From Tubulanus polymorphus (Eukaryota > Animalia > Nemertea), in assembly GCF_964204645.1 (NCBI RefSeq), contig NW_027437446.1, forward strand, positions 1-64,000: 64,000 bases of DNA. The letters run 5' to 3'. A model generated the notes under the pieces. That model ran no database searches and was not told the origin of the DNA. It was given only the letters and a program-made list of their open reading frames with translations. This document shows, piece after piece, positions 61,501-64,000 of this stretch. Numbering within the stretch: position 1 is the first letter of the stretch; each line of letters begins with the position of its first letter. The position numbers were made by a program, and so were the translations under genes.

Positions 61501-64000
61501 TCGACCCGAAAACGTCGTTCAGCCCGAGAAAAGACGTTTTCTCATCAAATTCTCCCCTTATCGGAAAACGAAAATGTCGATGCGCAAAAGCGCTCGAATC
61601 GACGGGAAAAGCACATTTCGACCCGAAAACGTCGTTCAGCGCGAGAAAAGACGTTTTCTCATCAAATTCTCCCCGTATCGGAAAAACGAAAATGTCGATG
61701 CGCAAAAGTACTCAAATCGACGGGAAAAGCACATTTCTACCCGAAAACTTCGTTCAGCGCGAGAAAAGACGTTTTCTCATCAAATTCTCCCCGTATCGGA
61801 AAAACGAAAATGTCGATGCGCAAAAGAGCTCAAATCGAAGGGAAAAGCACATTTCGACCCGAAAACGTCGTTCAGCGCGAGAAAAGAAGTTTTCTCATCA
61901 AATTCTCCCCGTATCGGAAAAACGAAAATATCGATACGCAAAAGCGCTCAAATCGACGGGAAAAGCACATTCCGACCCGAAAACGTCGTACAGCCCGAGA
62001 AAAGACGTTTTCTCATCAAATTCTCCCCTTATCGGAAAACGAAAATGTCGATGCGCCAAAAGCGCTCGAATCGACGGGAAAAGCACATTTCGACCCGAAA
62101 ACGTCGTTCAGCGCGAGAAAAGACGTTTTCTCATCAAATTCTCCCCGTATCCGAAAAACGAATATGTCGATGCGCAAAAGCGCTCGAATCGACGGGAAAA
62201 GCACATTTCGACCCGAAAACGTCGTTCAGCGCGAGAAAAGACGTTTTCTCATCAAATTCTCCCCGTATCCGAAAAACGAAAATGTCGATGCGCAAAAGTA
62301 CTCAAATCGACGGGAAAAGCACATTTCTACCCGAAAACGTTCAGCGCGAGAAAAGACGTTTTCTCATCAAATTCTCCCCGTATCGGAAAAACGAAAATGT
62401 CGATGCGCAAAAGTACTCAAATCGACGGGAAAAGTACATTTCTACCCGAAAACTTCGTTCAGCGCGAGAAAAGACGTTTTCTCATCAAATTCCCCCCGTA
62501 TCGGAAGAACGAAAATGTCGATGCGCAAAAGCGCTCAAATCGAAGGGAAAAGCACATTTCGACCCGAAAACGTCGTTCAGCGCGAGAAAAGAAGTTTTCT
62601 CATCAAATTCACCCCGTATCGGAAAAACGAAAATGTCGATACGCAAAAGCGCTCAAATCGACGGGAAAAGCACATTTCGACCCGAAAACGTCGTTCAGCC
62701 CGAGAAAAGACGTTTTCTCATCAAATTCTCCCCTTATCGGAAAACGAAAATGTCGATGCGCAAAAGCGCTCAAATCGACGGGAAAAGCACAATTCGTCCC
62801 GAATACGTCGTTCAGCGCGAGAAAAGACGTTTTCTCATCAAATTCTCCCCGTATCGGAAAAACGAAAATGTCGATGCGCAAATGCGCTCAAATCGACCGG
62901 AAAAGCACATTTCGACCCGAAAACGTCGTTCAGCGCGAGAAAAGACGTTTTCTCATCAAATTCTCCCCTTATCGGAAAAACGAAAATGTCGATGCGCAAA
63001 AGCGCTCAAATCGACGGGAAAAGCACATTTCGACCCGAAAACGTCGTTCAGCGCGAGAAAAGACGTTTTCTCATCAAATTCTCCCCGTATCGGAAAAACG
63101 AAAATGTCGATGCGCAAAAGCGCTCAAATCGACGGGAAAAGCACATTTCGACCCGAAAACGTCGTTCAGCGCGAGAAAAGACGTTTTCTCATCAAATTCT
63201 CCCCGTATCGGAAAAACGAAAATGTCGATGCGCAAAAGCGCTCAAATCGACGGGAAAAGCACATTTCGACCCGAAAACGTCGTTCAGCCCGAGAAAAGAC
63301 GTTTTCTCATCAAATTCTCCCCTTATCGGAAAACGAAAATGTCGATGCGCAAAAGCGCTCGAATCGACGGGAAAAGCACATTTCGACCCGAAAACGTCGT
63401 TCAGCGCGAGAAAAGACGTTTTCTCATCAAATTCTCCCCGTATCCGAAAAACGAATATGTCGATGCGCAAAAGCGCTCGAATCGACGGGAAAAGCACATT
63501 TCGACCCGAAAACGTCGTTCAGCGCGAGAAAAGACGTTTTCTCATCAAATTCTCCCCGTATCCGAAAAACGAAAATGTCGATGCGCAAAAGTACTCAAAT
63601 CGACGGGAAAAGCACATTTCTACCCGAAAACGTCGTTCAGCGCGAGAAAAGACCTTTTCTCATCAAATTCTCCCCGTATCGGAAAAACGAAAATGTCGAT
63701 ACGCAAAAGCGCTCAAATCGACGGGAAAAGCACATTTCGACCCGAAAACGTCGTTCAGCGCGAGAAAAGACGTTTTCTCATCAAATTCTCCCCGTATCGG
63801 AAAAACGAAAATGTCGATGCGCAAAAGCGCTCGAATCGACGGGAAAAGCACATTTCGACCCGAAAACGTCGTTCAGCGCGAGAAAAGACGTTTTCTCATC
63901 AAATTCTCCCCGTATCGGAAAAACGAAAATGTCGATGCGCGAAAGCGCTCAAATCGACGGGAAAAGCACATTCCGACCCGAAAACGTCGTTCAGCCCGAG

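Larger units (their letters stand above)
23856..64000. repeat. 118-bp tandem satellite DNA array, ~340 monomers, running off the window end
   Basis: Consensus GAAAAGCACATTTCGACCCGAAAACGTCGTTCAGCGCGAGAAAAGACGTTTTCTCATCAAATTCTCCCCGTATCGGAAAAACGAAAATGTCGATGCGCAAAAGCGCTCAAATCGACGG, head-to-tail in one orientation, with 117- and 119-bp variants. Confidence 0.99.

Noticed and set aside
23934-64000. Large overlapping ORFs (up to 1485 aa) as real genes
   Set aside because: They are translations of the 118-bp satellite in all frames, and indels shift frames freely.
23856-64000. CRISPR array
   Set aside because: Monomers are contiguous with no unique spacers, there are no cas genes, and the context is eukaryotic.

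Overview
Eukaryotic, probably invertebrate, AT-rich genomic DNA in two parts. (1) About 1-23.9 kb is a nest of endogenous Polinton/Maverick (adintovirus-like) elements. A nearly complete copy (P1, ~2.56-18.09 kb) carries a retroviral-type integrase with chromodomain, a packaging ATPase, major and minor capsid proteins, several membrane proteins and a protein-primed PolB; most core genes carry only one or two lesions, while the ATPase has more. The right end of P1 lies inside a second, more decayed copy (P2, 18.09-23.86 kb). The PolB gene of P2 is split by a non-autonomous Helentron-like insertion containing a tRNA-derived Pol III promoter. An inverted remnant of a third related copy lies at ~1.2-1.8 kb. 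(2) From 23,856 to the end is a ~40-kb tandem array of a CpG-rich 118-bp satellite (~340 monomers) with higher-order duplications and zoned variants; the P2 terminus abuts it exactly. The long satellite ORFs are most likely by-products of a stop-free monomer. The most striking observation is that most Polinton genes start at TAAATG/TAAAATG, preceded either by a T-run or by a TTTAATAAAAA core, resembling poxvirus late/intermediate promoters. All protein calls come from motif recognition by eye; no database searches were run.
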